Positions 8,878 through 18,968 of a stretch of DNA of 64,000 bases are shown here, in pieces. The translations under genes and the position numbers were made by a program. The notes below the pieces were generated by a model, which searched no databases, was not told the origin of the DNA, and was given only the letters and a program-made list of their open reading frames with translations. Position 1 is the first letter of the stretch; each line of letters starts with the position of its first letter. Source of the DNA: Candidatus Latescibacterota bacterium (GTDB lineage Bacteria; Latescibacterota; UBA2968); NCBI GenBank assembly GCA_965204745.1, contig OZ242010.1:896001-960000 (forward strand). The letters are read 5' to 3'.

Positions 8878-9957
8878 TAGGACTTACGCAAAAAAGAACA
8901 GGATCGAACCCCCATCCTCACTTTGGAGGTCTGTATGGCGAAACCAACGCGCTTGGATTACTGCCAGTATCTGCTTAGCAGTCCGCTCAATTATACCCTG
9001 ACTCATTTCGCAGATCACAGCGACCGGTTCACGCATGATATGCTCAACCGCTATCTGGGTGGGGATCGCGTCTCGCCGCGTGTGATCTGGAAAAACGTCA
9101 AACCCCACCTCACGTCGACCGCAAAGGGCGTAATTCTCTTTGATGACACGGTCTTAGATAAGCGCTATGCCAAAAAGATGGCTCTCGTGCGTCGGCAATA
9201 CAGTGGCAATGCGAAGGGGGTCATCTCGGGGATCGGTGTGGTGACGTGTGTGTATGTCAATCCGATTCAAGATCGGTTTTGGCTGATTGACTATCGCATT
9301 TACGATCCGCAAGGGGATGGAAAAACCAAGTTAGACCACGTCAAAGAGATGTTGTCACTCTTGGTCTATCACAAAAAACTGCCTTTTGAGCGAGTGGTGA
9401 TGGATACTTGGTATGCCACCAAAGCGGTCATGCTTCACATTGAGCACTTGCAAAAGACCTATTACTGTCCTATCAAAAAGAATCGCCTCGTGGACGATTC
9501 GTCAGGTGAAAACCCCTATCAACGGGTCGATGCCTTAACTTGGACAAAACGCGAACAGGCCACAGGAAAACGCATGAAACTCAGAGGGTTCCCTAAAAAC
9601 CACAAGGTGAACGTATTCCGGGTCGCGTCTGCGACGAGACGCACGGCGTATATCGTAACCAACGACTTGACTCAAACCGACCCGTCAGTGGCACAAGCGG
9701 TGTGCCACTTGCGTTGGAAGATTGAGCAAGTTCACCGGGAAGCAAAACAGGTAACGGGGCTTGAAAAGTGTCAATGCCGATTGGCACGCATTGTGCGAAA
9801 CCACATCGCGTGTGCCTTTCTCGTTTGGGGACGACTGACCCAAGTCGCCTATCAGACTGGACAAACCATCTATCAAGTCAAACATGGCTTATGGGAGGAT
9901 TATTTGAGACAACAACTCAAAACACCGGCGATACCAATGACCCTGGCGTAAGTCCTA
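8878..9957 (+). mobile_element. Complete IS701-family-like insertion sequence (1080 bp)
   Basis: TIRs TAGGACTTACGC (8878-8889) / GCGTAAGTCCTA (9946-9957); 5-bp TSD ACCCT at 8873-8877 and 9958-9962. Confidence 0.88.
8935..9951 (+). CDS. DDE transposase, IS701-like
   Basis: FDDTVLDK, VMDTWY, RWKIEQVHREAKQ motifs; GGAGG RBS. Confidence 0.88.
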   Translation: MAKPTRLDYCQYLLSSPLNYTLTHFADHSDRFTHDMLNRYLGGDRVSPRVIWKNVKPHLTSTAKGVILFDDTVLDKRYAKKMALVRRQYSGNAKGVISGIGVVTCVYVNPIQDRFWLIDYRIYDPQGDGKTKLDHVKEMLSLLVYHKKLPFERVVMDTWYATKAVMLHIEHLQKTYYCPIKKNRLVDDSSGENPYQRVDALTWTKREQATGKRMKLRGFPKNHKVNVFRVASATRRTAYIVTNDLTQTDPSVAQAVCHLRWKIEQVHREAKQVTGLEKCQCRLARIVRNHIACAFLVWGRLTQVAYQTGQTIYQVKHGLWEDYLRQQLKTPAIPMTLA

Positions 9958-10015
9958 ACCCTGTCTGAATCCGAGACGATTTTAATTTTATCCCTCACGC
10001 TTGCCATGACCTACC

Positions 10016-10393
10016 TCACAAATTCCATTCTTCAAACACAATCTGCCCGTCTCGTATCACAAATAATCGAGAACTTTCCTGTCTTCCACCGATGGGGTAG
10101 CGTGCATTGATATGGACAACCAAAATGTAGCCATAATACACCTTGTGCCCCGTCTTTGCGTTCCACTCAAGCGGGTTAATACGCTGACCGCAATAAATTT
10201 TTTCAAAACGATACTGCGCCGAGCGGGGGTAGATGAGCCTTTTCTGAATGCGCCACTTGGCAAGGGCTTCGGCTTTCTGTTGCGAGATTGGCCGTCCGTA
10301 ATCCGGCGGTCGATAGCCTGCCGGGACGGCATAATGCAATCCACACCCTGTTGCCGACAAAGCGAACAAAACCACGCAAAACAATTTGGTCAT
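10016..10393 (-). CDS. Hypothetical lipoprotein
   Basis: AAAGGAG RBS; MTKLFCVVLFALSATGC lipobox-like N-terminus. Confidence 0.65.
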   Translation of the reverse strand: MTKLFCVVLFALSATGCGLHYAVPAGYRPPDYGRPISQQKAEALAKWRIQKRLIYPRSAQYRFEKIYCGQRINPLEWNAKTGHKVYYGYILVVHINARYPIGGRQESSRLFVIRDGQIVFEEWNL

Positions 10394-10416
10394 GTCGAAC
10401 TCCTTTGCTGGCCGCC

Positions 10417-10447
10417 GCATACGGATAACCTAAAATCAAATGGGTAT
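10417..10447 (-). repeat. IS-end-like dispersed repeat, R-type copy
   Basis: Reverse complement ATACCCATTTGATTTTAGGTTATCCGTAT is nearly identical to 57186-57214. Confidence 0.65.
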
Positions 10448-11472
10448 TACATGACTTCATCGACCGCCACCATTTCTCCGCCGCGTTCTGCCGAGAGATA
10501 GGCTGAGTCGACGATTTGCATGGTGTAGAGATTTCCGCGTCCGCTGTGGATGGGTTCTGCGCCGCGGCGGGCCGCGTCTAGCAGGTGATTCATGCTTTCG
10601 CCCATCGCGTGTGTAAAAGCGTCTTTTCGATAGAGCGTGCGCGTTTCCAGTTCTCGGTTGTGCGGGTGGATGTGCAATGTCGCTTCGTCGGAGAGCACAT
10701 TTTTTTTCACGGACAGCGCGGAGCCCTTTGTGCCATCTATACGCAGGCGGCATTCGGATAAGGTGAGGGCATGCCAGTTGGAGATCATCGTGCCCACGAT
10801 GCCATTTTCAAATTGCACGATCAAACTCGCAAAGGTTTCGCCTTGCACGTCCGGATTCCAATGGCGCGTGGTGGCGGATATTTTTTGCGGCGGGTTGCCT
10901 GCCAACGTGCGGATGCGGTCGATGAGGTGGATGCTGAAAATGCTGATCTCCAATCGCTGTTCTCGGGTTCGCCACCCGCGCACTCGGGTCCGATTTTTGA
11001 GTTCATCGTGCGAGATATAGCGCGCCTCGCCGAGAGTGCCCGCATCGACTGCGCGCCGCAGGGCGACGACATCTTCCATAAATCCCAACTGGTGATTCAC
11101 GGCCAGCGTGACGCCCGCCTGTTCCGCGGCTTCGACAAAAGACACCGCGTCGCGCAGGGACTCGCCAAATGGCTTTTCGACGAGCAGGTGGATGCCCTTG
11201 TCAATCGCCGGAAAGATCACGTCTTGGCGCACCGCAGGAGGGGTCAAAAGGCTGATAACATCGACCTCGCCCGACGCGATCATATCGGCGGCATTTGTAA
11301 AGCGGTGGGGAATGTCGTATTCGTCGCAATACCGATTCAGCGTGTTTTTGTCGATATCGCAACCGGCGACCACCTCGCCTAGGTCGTGCGCCACGGTTCG
11401 ATAGCCCGCGATGTGTCGATTTGCGATTCCGCCACATCCGACAATGCCGATCCGAAAGCCATTCATTTTCAT
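10447..11472 (-). CDS. Gfo/Idh/MocA family oxidoreductase
   Basis: GIVGCGGIA Rossmann motif, VEKP. Confidence 0.9.
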   Translation of the reverse strand: MKMNGFRIGIVGCGGIANRHIAGYRTVAHDLGEVVAGCDIDKNTLNRYCDEYDIPHRFTNAADMIASGEVDVISLLTPPAVRQDVIFPAIDKGIHLLVEKPFGESLRDAVSFVEAAEQAGVTLAVNHQLGFMEDVVALRRAVDAGTLGEARYISHDELKNRTRVRGWRTREQRLEISIFSIHLIDRIRTLAGNPPQKISATTRHWNPDVQGETFASLIVQFENGIVGTMISNWHALTLSECRLRIDGTKGSALSVKKNVLSDEATLHIHPHNRELETRTLYRKDAFTHAMGESMNHLLDAARRGAEPIHSGRGNLYTMQIVDSAYLSAERGGEMVAVDEVM

Positions 11473-12959
11473 TCCTCCCTTGCGTTATGGTTGACGGGGG
11501 CTTCGCGCAGGGCGCGACGGATGCAGCTTCGCGCTTTCGCGCTTTTGACAAAGCCGAGCCAATCGCTGTTGGGTCGCTGGCGCGGCGACGTGAGGATTTG
11601 CACGGTTTGCCCGGTTTTGAGCGGGGTGGACAGGGCCGCCCGCTGGTTGTCGATGCGCGCGCTTATGCAGCGGTTGCCGATTTCGGTGTGGACGGCAAAG
11701 GCAAAGTCCACTGGGGTGGCGGACTCGGGCAGGCGGATCAGGTCGCCTTTGGGCGTGAAAACGAAAATTTCATGCGACAAGAGATCGGCCTTGAGTTCGT
11801 CGATGAGTGCCTGCGGGTCGGAAATTTCCTCTTGCCATTCGAGCATGTCGCGTAGCCAGTACGCGTATTGATCGACTGCTGTGGATTTTTCCGCGCCCTC
11901 TTTGTACAAGTGGTGCGCGGCAATGCCCACCTCTGCGGTTTGGTGCATCTCGTGCGTGCGGATTTGCACTTCGATCATCATGTTGTGCGGGCTGATCACG
12001 GTGGTGTGCAGGGATTGGTACCTGTTGGGCTTGGGCGTTGCGATGAAGTCTTTGAACCGGGGCATCACAGGCGTGCAAAAAGAGTGGACCAAGCCCAAGA
12101 CGTGGTAGCACGCTTGCACGGTGTCCACCAAAATGCGGAGGGCGAGCAGGTCGTGGATGTCCTCAAAGGCTTTGCCCCGGGTTTGCATCTTGCGGTGGAT
12201 GCTGTAAAAATTCTTGGGGCGCCCGGTGATTTCCGCGTGGATATTGGCCTCGTTGAGCATTTTTTCTAAGGGCACGCGCATGGCTTCGATATAGGCTTCG
12301 CGCTCGTGCCTTTTGAGGTGGATTTTTCGTTGGATGGCGCGATAGGCTTTCGGCTCGAGCCACTTGAGGGCGAGGTCTTCGAGTTCCCAGCGAATGCGCG
12401 CAATGCCCAAGCGATGGGCCAAGGGCGCGTAAATATCCAAACATTCCCGCGCCATGTGCTTTCGCACCTCGGGCGATAGGGGGTCCATGGTTCGCATGTT
12501 GTGCAGGCAATCGCAAAATTTGATGAGCATAACGCGCACGTCGTGGATCATGGAGAGGAGCATTGCGCGAAAGTTTTCGACTTGATCCGCTTCGTGCGAT
12601 TGGAAGGATATGTCTTTGATTTTGCCCACGGCCGTGACGAGGTCGGCGATGCGCGTGCCAAAGTGGTGCGCGAGTTGTTTGGGCGTTGCAGAGCCGTGCC
12701 GGATGGTGTCGTGCAAAATCCCCGCGGCCAGGGTTTCGGTGTCTTGGTTGAGTTCCGCGAGGACGCGCCCCACCTCGAGGGCATGCGCGATATAGGGTTG
12801 GCCGGACTTGCGGAAGCGGTGTGCGTGTGCTCTGCTGGCAAAGTGAAACGCGCGGGTCAAAAGTTCGACATCGCACTCGGGATGGCACTGGAGGGCGTGC
12901 TGGAGAAAGGCGTCAAAGGCGGGCGCGCCTGCAAAGGGTTGTGTGGGTTGCGTAGGCAC
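11469..12959 (-). CDS. RelA/SpoT homologue (HD-SYNTH-TGS), C-terminally short, hydrolase motifs degenerate
   Basis: RKSGQPYI, PLAHRLG, GRPKNFYSI, RFKD, YQSLHT, EVQIRT, TGS motif DFAFAVHTEIG; no ZFD/ACT. Confidence 0.88.
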   Translation of the reverse strand: MPTQPTQPFAGAPAFDAFLQHALQCHPECDVELLTRAFHFASRAHAHRFRKSGQPYIAHALEVGRVLAELNQDTETLAAGILHDTIRHGSATPKQLAHHFGTRIADLVTAVGKIKDISFQSHEADQVENFRAMLLSMIHDVRVMLIKFCDCLHNMRTMDPLSPEVRKHMARECLDIYAPLAHRLGIARIRWELEDLALKWLEPKAYRAIQRKIHLKRHEREAYIEAMRVPLEKMLNEANIHAEITGRPKNFYSIHRKMQTRGKAFEDIHDLLALRILVDTVQACYHVLGLVHSFCTPVMPRFKDFIATPKPNRYQSLHTTVISPHNMMIEVQIRTHEMHQTAEVGIAAHHLYKEGAEKSTAVDQYAYWLRDMLEWQEEISDPQALIDELKADLLSHEIFVFTPKGDLIRLPESATPVDFAFAVHTEIGNRCISARIDNQRAALSTPLKTGQTVQILTSPRQRPNSDWLGFVKSAKARSCIRRALREAPVNHNAREE

Positions 12960-13030
12960 GGGGACGTCCTTTCAGGATGGATTTGGGTTTTGGCCCCTCC
13001 TCGAGACGGAGAGGTTCTCCGACCTGTCTC

Positions 13031-13147
13031 TTAGCCACAAAAAGCACGAGCGGGGTACAACTGGCGACAGCCAGTTCAAAGACACAAAAGGTGAGCGATA
13101 TGTATAGGGGCGATGCCCCCGTGCTCGCCCGAAGATACAAGGGGGGT
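13031..13147 (+). repeat. Composite REP-like element (AACTGGC/GCCAGTT hairpin + GGGCGATGCCCCCGTGCTCGCCC hairpin + AAGATACAAG)
   Basis: Related copies near 34617, 52504, 54766(-), 56005 and 62217(-); partial copy at 19269. Confidence 0.8.
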
Positions 13148-13221
13148 ATTAGGTTCTGTTGACATTTACGAGCAAAGCAACTGGCTTGAGCGGTTTATCG
13201 AGAAAATCAAGCCCTATATCG

Positions 13222-13650
13222 GGACCTACCCCCCTAACCCCCCTTCCTGCGAGGAAGGGGGGAACTGTGAGCGGTTTTGCGAAGGGTATTGATGAGGGAT
13301 ATTTAATCGCTTTATGCCCTCGGTCAATGCCATCAGAGCAACCAGAGCGAGAAGCCATCAAAGGAGCTTTACTCCCCTTTCCTCGTAGGAAAGGGGCCGG
13401 GGGATAGGTCCCCCTCGCAAAACGCCATCAGAGCAACCAGAGCGAGAAGCCATCAAAGGAGCTTTACTCCCCTTTCCTCGTAGGAAAGGGGCCGGGGGAT
13501 AGGTCCCCCTCGCAAAACGCCATCAAAGCAACCAGAGCGAGAAGCCATCAAAGGGACTTTACTCCCCTTTCCTCGTAGGAAAGGGGCCGGGGGATAGGTC
13601 CCCCTCGCGCAATGCCACCAGAGCAACCAGAGCGAGAAGCCATCAAAGGA
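13222..13650. repeat. MITE-like element with hairpin termini; right part amplified as a 95-bp tandem repeat (3 full + 1 partial)
   Basis: Units start at 13329, 13424, 13519 and 13614; each full unit has CCCCTTTCC-TCGTA-GGAAAGGGG. Inverted terminal match at 13222-13260; partial inverted copy at 25621-25740. Confidence 0.85.
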
Positions 13651-13723
13651 AACGCATTAAATGAGCAAGCAACGCATTTGCTAATCTGTGCGTAACGTCA
13701 AAAAAATGAAATGTCAACACAAC

Positions 13724-16267
13724 CTAAGCCCAAGCGATGAGGCCGGTGTCGCAGATCGAGTGGAGGTCTGGATGGCGCGGGCGGACGCGCACGGTATAGC
13801 CCCAGCGCCCGCTTTTTTGCAAGGGCAAGCGCCCGACAAATGTATCGGGGCCTTCGGGCGTCATTGGGATGGACGCGCCTTGGACAATCCGATCATCTGC
13901 GGCGACCTGACCGTGAAAAATCTCGACCGACACATCGCGCTCGGTCAATGTGCCCAGCGAGACCTCGGCGCGAATCTCGATTTTGTCGCCCACCTGCGGG
14001 GTTTGTGCGCGGCTGGATTGGACGGCATGAATGCCGACTTCGCGCCACGCATGGCGAAGTTTGGTCTTCCACTGGGCGAGCGCGCTGGCTCTCGCGCCGT
14101 TGTTGGCGGAGAGGATTTTTGAGCGCGCGTGCGCTTTGAGGTAAAATCGCTCGGTGTAGTCCTGCACCATGCGGTGGGTGTTGAATTTGGGACACAACAC
14201 GCGCATGGCGTTTTTCATGCGGGCGATCCACCTGCGCGGCAATCCATCTGCGCCGCGGTCGTAAAACAGGGGCACGGCTTCTTTTTCCAGGATGTTGTAA
14301 AGGGCGCGCGCCTCGATCTGGTTCTGATACGCCGGGTCGTCGTATTCCTTGCCGTGTCCGATTTCCCAACCCAGTTCCGGGTGGTATGCCTCGGCCCACC
14401 ACCCGTCGAGCACGCTGAGGTTCAACGCGCCATTGGCTACGGCTTTCATGCCGCTGGTGCCGCTGGCTTCTTGGGGCCTGACCGGGGTGTTGAGCCAAAT
14501 ATCCACGCCTTGCACGAGATAGCGCGCCACGCACATGTCGTAATTTTCGATGAAAATGAGCCGCCGATGCAGGTAGTCGCGCTGCGTCAGCCCGAAAATT
14601 TCCTGAATCAGTTCTTTGCCCGCGTGGTCTTGGGGATGGGCTTTGCCGGCAAAAATGACCTGCACCGGTTGGTCTTCGTTGCACAAGATGCGCGTGAGTC
14701 TTTCCAAGTCGTGAAACAATAAGGTGGCGCGTTTGTACGTGGCAAACCGGCGCGCAAAGCCAATGGTGAGCGCGTCTGCGGTCAGGACTTCGTCTGCGCG
14801 GGCCATGTCGATGGGAGACGCGGTTTCGCGTTGCAACTGCTGGCGGAGGCGTTGTCGGGCAAAGGCCACAAGGCGTTCTCGCCTGCGCTCGTGGACGCGC
14901 CAGAGTTCCTCAGCCGGGATGTGATCGATGGTTTCCCACACGCTTTGATCGTGGGGTTCTTCCAAGCGCCGAGGCCCCATGTAATTGTCTTCAAGGCCGC
15001 GCATTTGTTGCGAGAGGTGAGAGGCGATGTGGACGCCGTTGGTGATGGATGCGATGGGGATTTCGTTTTCCGGCACCCCGGGCCAAAGCGATTGCCACAT
15101 CTTGCGCGAGACCTGCCCGTGTAGTCTGCTCACGCCATTGCGATATGCCGAGAGCCTGAACGCGAGCACGGTCATGTTGAACTCATCCCCATCGTTTTCC
15201 GGGTTTTCCCGACCCAACGCGAGGAATGCGGGCATGGAAATGCCCAGGTCGTGGGCGTAGGAGTTGAAGTATTTTTCCATCAGCGTAGCCGGAAAGACGT
15301 CGTGCCCGGCCGGCACCGGGGTGTGGGTCGTGAAAACGTGCCCGGCAACGGTGGATTCGAGGGCCTGATCAAAGGTGGCGCGGTCGTCGCGCATGGCTTG
15401 GCGGATGCGTTCCAAGCCCAAAAAGGCCGAGTGCCCCTCGTTCATGTGGCAAACCGTGGGGCGTTTGCCCAAGGCGTTGAGCGTGCGCACGCCCCCAATG
15501 CCGAGCAGGATTTCCTGCCGGATGCGCGTTTCCCGGTCCCCGCCGTAGAGTTGCGCGGTGATTTCGCGGATCGAAGGCGGGTTTTCCATCACATTGGTGT
15601 CGAGCAAATACAGGGGGACGCGCCCAACCTGCGCCTTCCAAATTCGCACCTGCGCTTCGGCTTCGGGATACGCAAGGGTGAGGGTGATGTCTCGACCCTG
15701 GTCGTCGCGTGCGATTTGCACGGGCATGGCATAGTAGTCGTTTTCCGGATATTCCTCTTGTTGCCAGCCGTCATTGGTGAGGTACTGGTGGAAGTAGCCG
15801 TGTTGGTACAACAGGCCCACCGCGGCAAATGGCAACCCCAATGTGCTGGCGGATTTGAGGTGATCCCCGGCCAAAACGCCCAAGCCGCCCGAGTAGATGG
15901 GCAGGCTTTCGGTGAGGCCAAATTCCGCAGAAAAATAGGCGATTTGAATGTCGGATGCGGTTTTGCCGTGGGTGGTGAAAAAATAGGTTTCGCCATCCAT
16001 AAATGCGCGAAGGGATTCGGAGACGCGCTTGAAATGCGCCATGAAGCCCGGGTTTTTGGAGAGTTGATCCAAGCGTTCTTGCCCGATGTCGTCGATCATC
16101 CGCACCGGGTTGTGGTACACGCTTTCCCAAAGCACGGGGTCGATGCGCCGAAACAGGTCAATACTGTCGGGGTTCCACGTCCAGCGCAGGTTGTACGCCA
16201 GTGCTTCGAGGCCCTGAAGGGGTTTGGGCAACGCGGGCTTGACGATGAGGGTGGAGATGGGTTTCAA
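13724..16267 (-). CDS. glgP: Alpha-glucan (glycogen/maltodextrin) phosphorylase
   Basis: YSGGLG, NEGH, ARRFATYKR, EASGTSGMK PLP site. TTG start chosen; upstream extension is repeat-derived. Confidence 0.93.
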   Translation of the reverse strand: MKPISTLIVKPALPKPLQGLEALAYNLRWTWNPDSIDLFRRIDPVLWESVYHNPVRMIDDIGQERLDQLSKNPGFMAHFKRVSESLRAFMDGETYFFTTHGKTASDIQIAYFSAEFGLTESLPIYSGGLGVLAGDHLKSASTLGLPFAAVGLLYQHGYFHQYLTNDGWQQEEYPENDYYAMPVQIARDDQGRDITLTLAYPEAEAQVRIWKAQVGRVPLYLLDTNVMENPPSIREITAQLYGGDRETRIRQEILLGIGGVRTLNALGKRPTVCHMNEGHSAFLGLERIRQAMRDDRATFDQALESTVAGHVFTTHTPVPAGHDVFPATLMEKYFNSYAHDLGISMPAFLALGRENPENDGDEFNMTVLAFRLSAYRNGVSRLHGQVSRKMWQSLWPGVPENEIPIASITNGVHIASHLSQQMRGLEDNYMGPRRLEEPHDQSVWETIDHIPAEELWRVHERRRERLVAFARQRLRQQLQRETASPIDMARADEVLTADALTIGFARRFATYKRATLLFHDLERLTRILCNEDQPVQVIFAGKAHPQDHAGKELIQEIFGLTQRDYLHRRLIFIENYDMCVARYLVQGVDIWLNTPVRPQEASGTSGMKAVANGALNLSVLDGWWAEAYHPELGWEIGHGKEYDDPAYQNQIEARALYNILEKEAVPLFYDRGADGLPRRWIARMKNAMRVLCPKFNTHRMVQDYTERFYLKAHARSKILSANNGARASALAQWKTKLRHAWREVGIHAVQSSRAQTPQVGDKIEIRAEVSLGTLTERDVSVEIFHGQVAADDRIVQGASIPMTPEGPDTFVGRLPLQKSGRWGYTVRVRPRHPDLHSICDTGLIAWA

Positions 16268-16269
16268 GG

Positions 16270-16455
16270 CGTTGTCTCTGGGGAAGCAAGGGAAGAGGGG
16301 GCAAGAGGGAAGAGAGGGGAGCAAGAGGGAAGTCAGGCAAGAGGGGAGACGTAAGAGGGAAGTGGTCAGTGGTCAGTGGTCAGTGGTCAGTCCCTACCCA
16401 CCAACCCCAAAACCCGACGCACATCAGTAGGGGCGAATAATTATTCGCCCCTACT
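16270..16455. repeat. Repeat patch: purine-rich heptamer-like run, (GGTCAGT)x4 and a 30-bp perfect GTAG palindrome
   Basis: AGTAGGGGCGAATAATTATTCGCCCCTACT at 16426-16455; array at 16361-16391. Confidence 0.85.
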
Positions 16456-16467
16456 TGCGGTTAAATC

Positions 16468-17490
16468 TCAAACATCCTCGACAGTGACGACCGAATCTGT
16501 TTGCCATGATTTTATCGCGGCTTCGATGACGAGTTGTGCTTTGAGGGCTTCTTCGCCGGAGCCCTCGATGGCTTCGGGGTCTGCGTTTTCGAGGTTTTGG
16601 TCGATCCAGCGCCCAATGCGGCTTTGGAAGGTTTCGTTGAAACCCATCATGTCGCCGATGTAGTCGTAGCGTTCCAATTCCATTGTGCGGCGGGGGTGAA
16701 AGTGCAGGCGTTCGCAGGCTTCTTCGAGCACGAAGCGGGCGTCTGAACCCACGACTTCGAGGCGTTCGAGACCATAAGACCCGCCCGGCCCGGTGGCGTC
16801 GTAACTGCCGGTGAGGTTGCCCACTGTGCCATCGCAAAAGCACAGGTTGAGTTGCATGTTCGACCAGCAGACGCGGCGGTTGCCATCTTTGTCCAAGCCG
16901 CGCTTAAAAAAGGCGTGGACTTTTTCGATGTCGCCGCAAAAGTAGCGCATCACGTCGATGGAGTGCGGGTGCAAGGCGCGAATGTGGAACCACGGCGAGG
17001 TTTCGCGGGGGTTGTTGATCCACATGGTCATGTTGATGATGTTGATCTCACCCAAACGCCCTTCATCCACCCATGCCTTGGCGCGTGCCGCGGCGGGCGT
17101 GAACCGGTGGTTGAGGTCGATGCCGTAGCGCAGGTTCTTTTCTTTGGCTTTGGCGACCATTTCGCGGGCTTCGCGGATGTTGTTGGAAATGGGTTTTTCC
17201 CCGAGGACGTGAATCCCGGCGTCGAGCAATTCCATTGTCGGCGCGTAGTGGTCGCCGCCGTTTTCGTGCCCGGCAGTTGCCACGCTCGCAATGTCGATGC
17301 CCAAGTTGGCGTCGAGCATGTCTCGCACCGCGTAAAAGGCTTTGGCGCCGTATCGCGTTGCTGTTGCGTCTGTGCGTTTGGGGTCTATGTCGCAAACCGC
17401 GACGAGATTGCATTGGGCATGGTTGTCGTAAATGGTGGCGTGCCGGTTGCCGATGCCACCCAAACCGACTACGGCGATGTTCAATGCCAT
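16468..17490 (-). CDS. Gfo/Idh/MocA family oxidoreductase
   Basis: VVGLGGIG, GEKP; AGGAG RBS. Confidence 0.9.
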   Translation of the reverse strand: MALNIAVVGLGGIGNRHATIYDNHAQCNLVAVCDIDPKRTDATATRYGAKAFYAVRDMLDANLGIDIASVATAGHENGGDHYAPTMELLDAGIHVLGEKPISNNIREAREMVAKAKEKNLRYGIDLNHRFTPAAARAKAWVDEGRLGEINIINMTMWINNPRETSPWFHIRALHPHSIDVMRYFCGDIEKVHAFFKRGLDKDGNRRVCWSNMQLNLCFCDGTVGNLTGSYDATGPGGSYGLERLEVVGSDARFVLEEACERLHFHPRRTMELERYDYIGDMMGFNETFQSRIGRWIDQNLENADPEAIEGSGEEALKAQLVIEAAIKSWQTDSVVTVEDV

Positions 17491-17503
17491 TTGAAACTCC
17501 TTT

Positions 17504-18154
17504 CTACCAATACCGAAGCATCCGATCTACAAAGGCGGGCACTTCTTCTGTGAGGTACATAGCGGCGATAAATCCCCCGCAGATCAGATAGATCAGGAGG
17601 ATGGTGATCAGGGCGATTTTCTTGCGCCTGGTCATTTTGGTTCGCGGTGGTTTGGCGTCGCGGGGCGGTTCGATAGAACCGTCGGCCGGTGGCGGCTCTA
17701 AAGGTTTTTCTTCTGTTTCGGAGGCCGAGGATTCTGCGGGAGGCGCGTCTGCGGAGGCGGGTTCTGCTGTCGCTGTGGGGGGCGATTCCGGTTCGGCTTT
17801 GTCGAGCACGCGCTCGATTTCTTCGATGAGGCGGCTGGCTGAAAATGGTTTTTCGACAATGCCTTGCGCGCCGCGATTGAGCAGGGCTTGAATGGCGGAT
17901 TCCTCGTCGATGTGCGAGACTGCGATCACCGGCATGTCATAGCCTTCTTCGCGGATAAAATCGAGCAAGGTCGCGCCGTGGATGATGGGCATTTCCAAGT
18001 CTAACAAGATCAAGTCGGGCTGGCCGTGTGCGATTGCATCGAGGGCATCGGTCCATTTTGTCGCGCTTCGCGCTTGGTAATCGTTGGATTCGAGAATCCC
18101 GACGATTCGCTCTGCAACCGCGGCTTCGTCGTCAATGGTCAAAATTTTTGTCAT
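17504..18154 (-). CDS. Response regulator receiver domain + Pro/Ala/Glu linker + C-terminal TM helix
   Basis: IDDE, PDLILLD, KPF motifs; hydrophobic C-terminal helix. Confidence 0.8.
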   Translation of the reverse strand: MTKILTIDDEAAVAERIVGILESNDYQARSATKWTDALDAIAHGQPDLILLDLEMPIIHGATLLDFIREEGYDMPVIAVSHIDEESAIQALLNRGAQGIVEKPFSASRLIEEIERVLDKAEPESPPTATAEPASADAPPAESSASETEEKPLEPPPADGSIEPPRDAKPPRTKMTRRKKIALITILLIYLICGGFIAAMYLTEEVPAFVDRMLRYW

Positions 18155-18275
18155 CGCGTCCGTCCGCGTGGGGTGGGAAAATGTCGGCGATTGAAAGTAT
18201 AAAGCGAAAGAGGGGTTATGACAAGCGTTTTCCAAGTTTTGAATATCGCGAGGGCCGCCGCGGCAGTCTCGCGGT

Positions 18276-18968
18276 TCACTTGTGGATCGTTTGGCGGACG
18301 CGCTCTTCTAGCGTGCCATCGGTTTTGCCGATGATAATGTGGTCGGTCATGTCGATAAAGAGGCCGCATTCGACCACGCCGTAGATCGCGTTGATTTTGG
18401 CTTCGAGCGCGGGCGGGTCGTCAATGCGCCCGAAATCGCAATCGAGGATGTAATTGCCGTTGTCCGTCAGATAGGGCGCGGCGTCCTGGGTGCGGCGAAG
18501 CGCGGGATGACAGCTCAAGTCCGCGAGCAGGCGTTGGACAACTTGCCAGCCAAAGGGGATGACTTCAACTGGCAGGGGAAATGCCCCCAAGTGCGCGACT
18601 GCCTTGGATTCGTCTGCGACGATGATCTCGCGGTCGGACAGGGAGGCGACGATCTTTTCTCGCAACAGCGCGCCGCCGCCGCCTTTGATGAGGTTGAAGT
18701 GCGGGTCTAACTCGTCAGCACCGTCAATGGTCAGGTCGATGCGCGTCACTGCGTCAAAGCCGATGAGGGGAATGTTTTCCGATTCTGCCTGCTTGCGCGA
18801 TTGTTCGGAGGTGGGGATGCCGCGCATGGCGAGCCCCGATGAGACGCGCTGGCCCAGTTTTTGAATCGCAAAAAAGGCGGTCGTTCCCGTGCCTAGGCCC
18901 ACGACCATGCCATCTTCAACGCATTCGGCGGCGCGTTCTGCGGACAGTTGCTTGGGGTTGATGGTCAT
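18276..18968 (-). CDS. rpiA: Ribose-5-phosphate isomerase A
   Basis: GLGTGTT, IDGADE, IKGGGGALLREK. Confidence 0.95.
   Translation of the reverse strand: MTINPKQLSAERAAECVEDGMVVGLGTGTTAFFAIQKLGQRVSSGLAMRGIPTSEQSRKQAESENIPLIGFDAVTRIDLTIDGADELDPHFNLIKGGGGALLREKIVASLSDREIIVADESKAVAHLGAFPLPVEVIPFGWQVVQRLLADLSCHPALRRTQDAAPYLTDNGNYILDCDFGRIDDPPALEAKINAIYGVVECGLFIDMTDHIIIGKTDGTLEERVRQTIHK

Noticed and set aside
13329-13650. CRISPR array
   Set aside because: Whole 95-bp units are near-identical, there are no unique spacers, and no cas genes are present.
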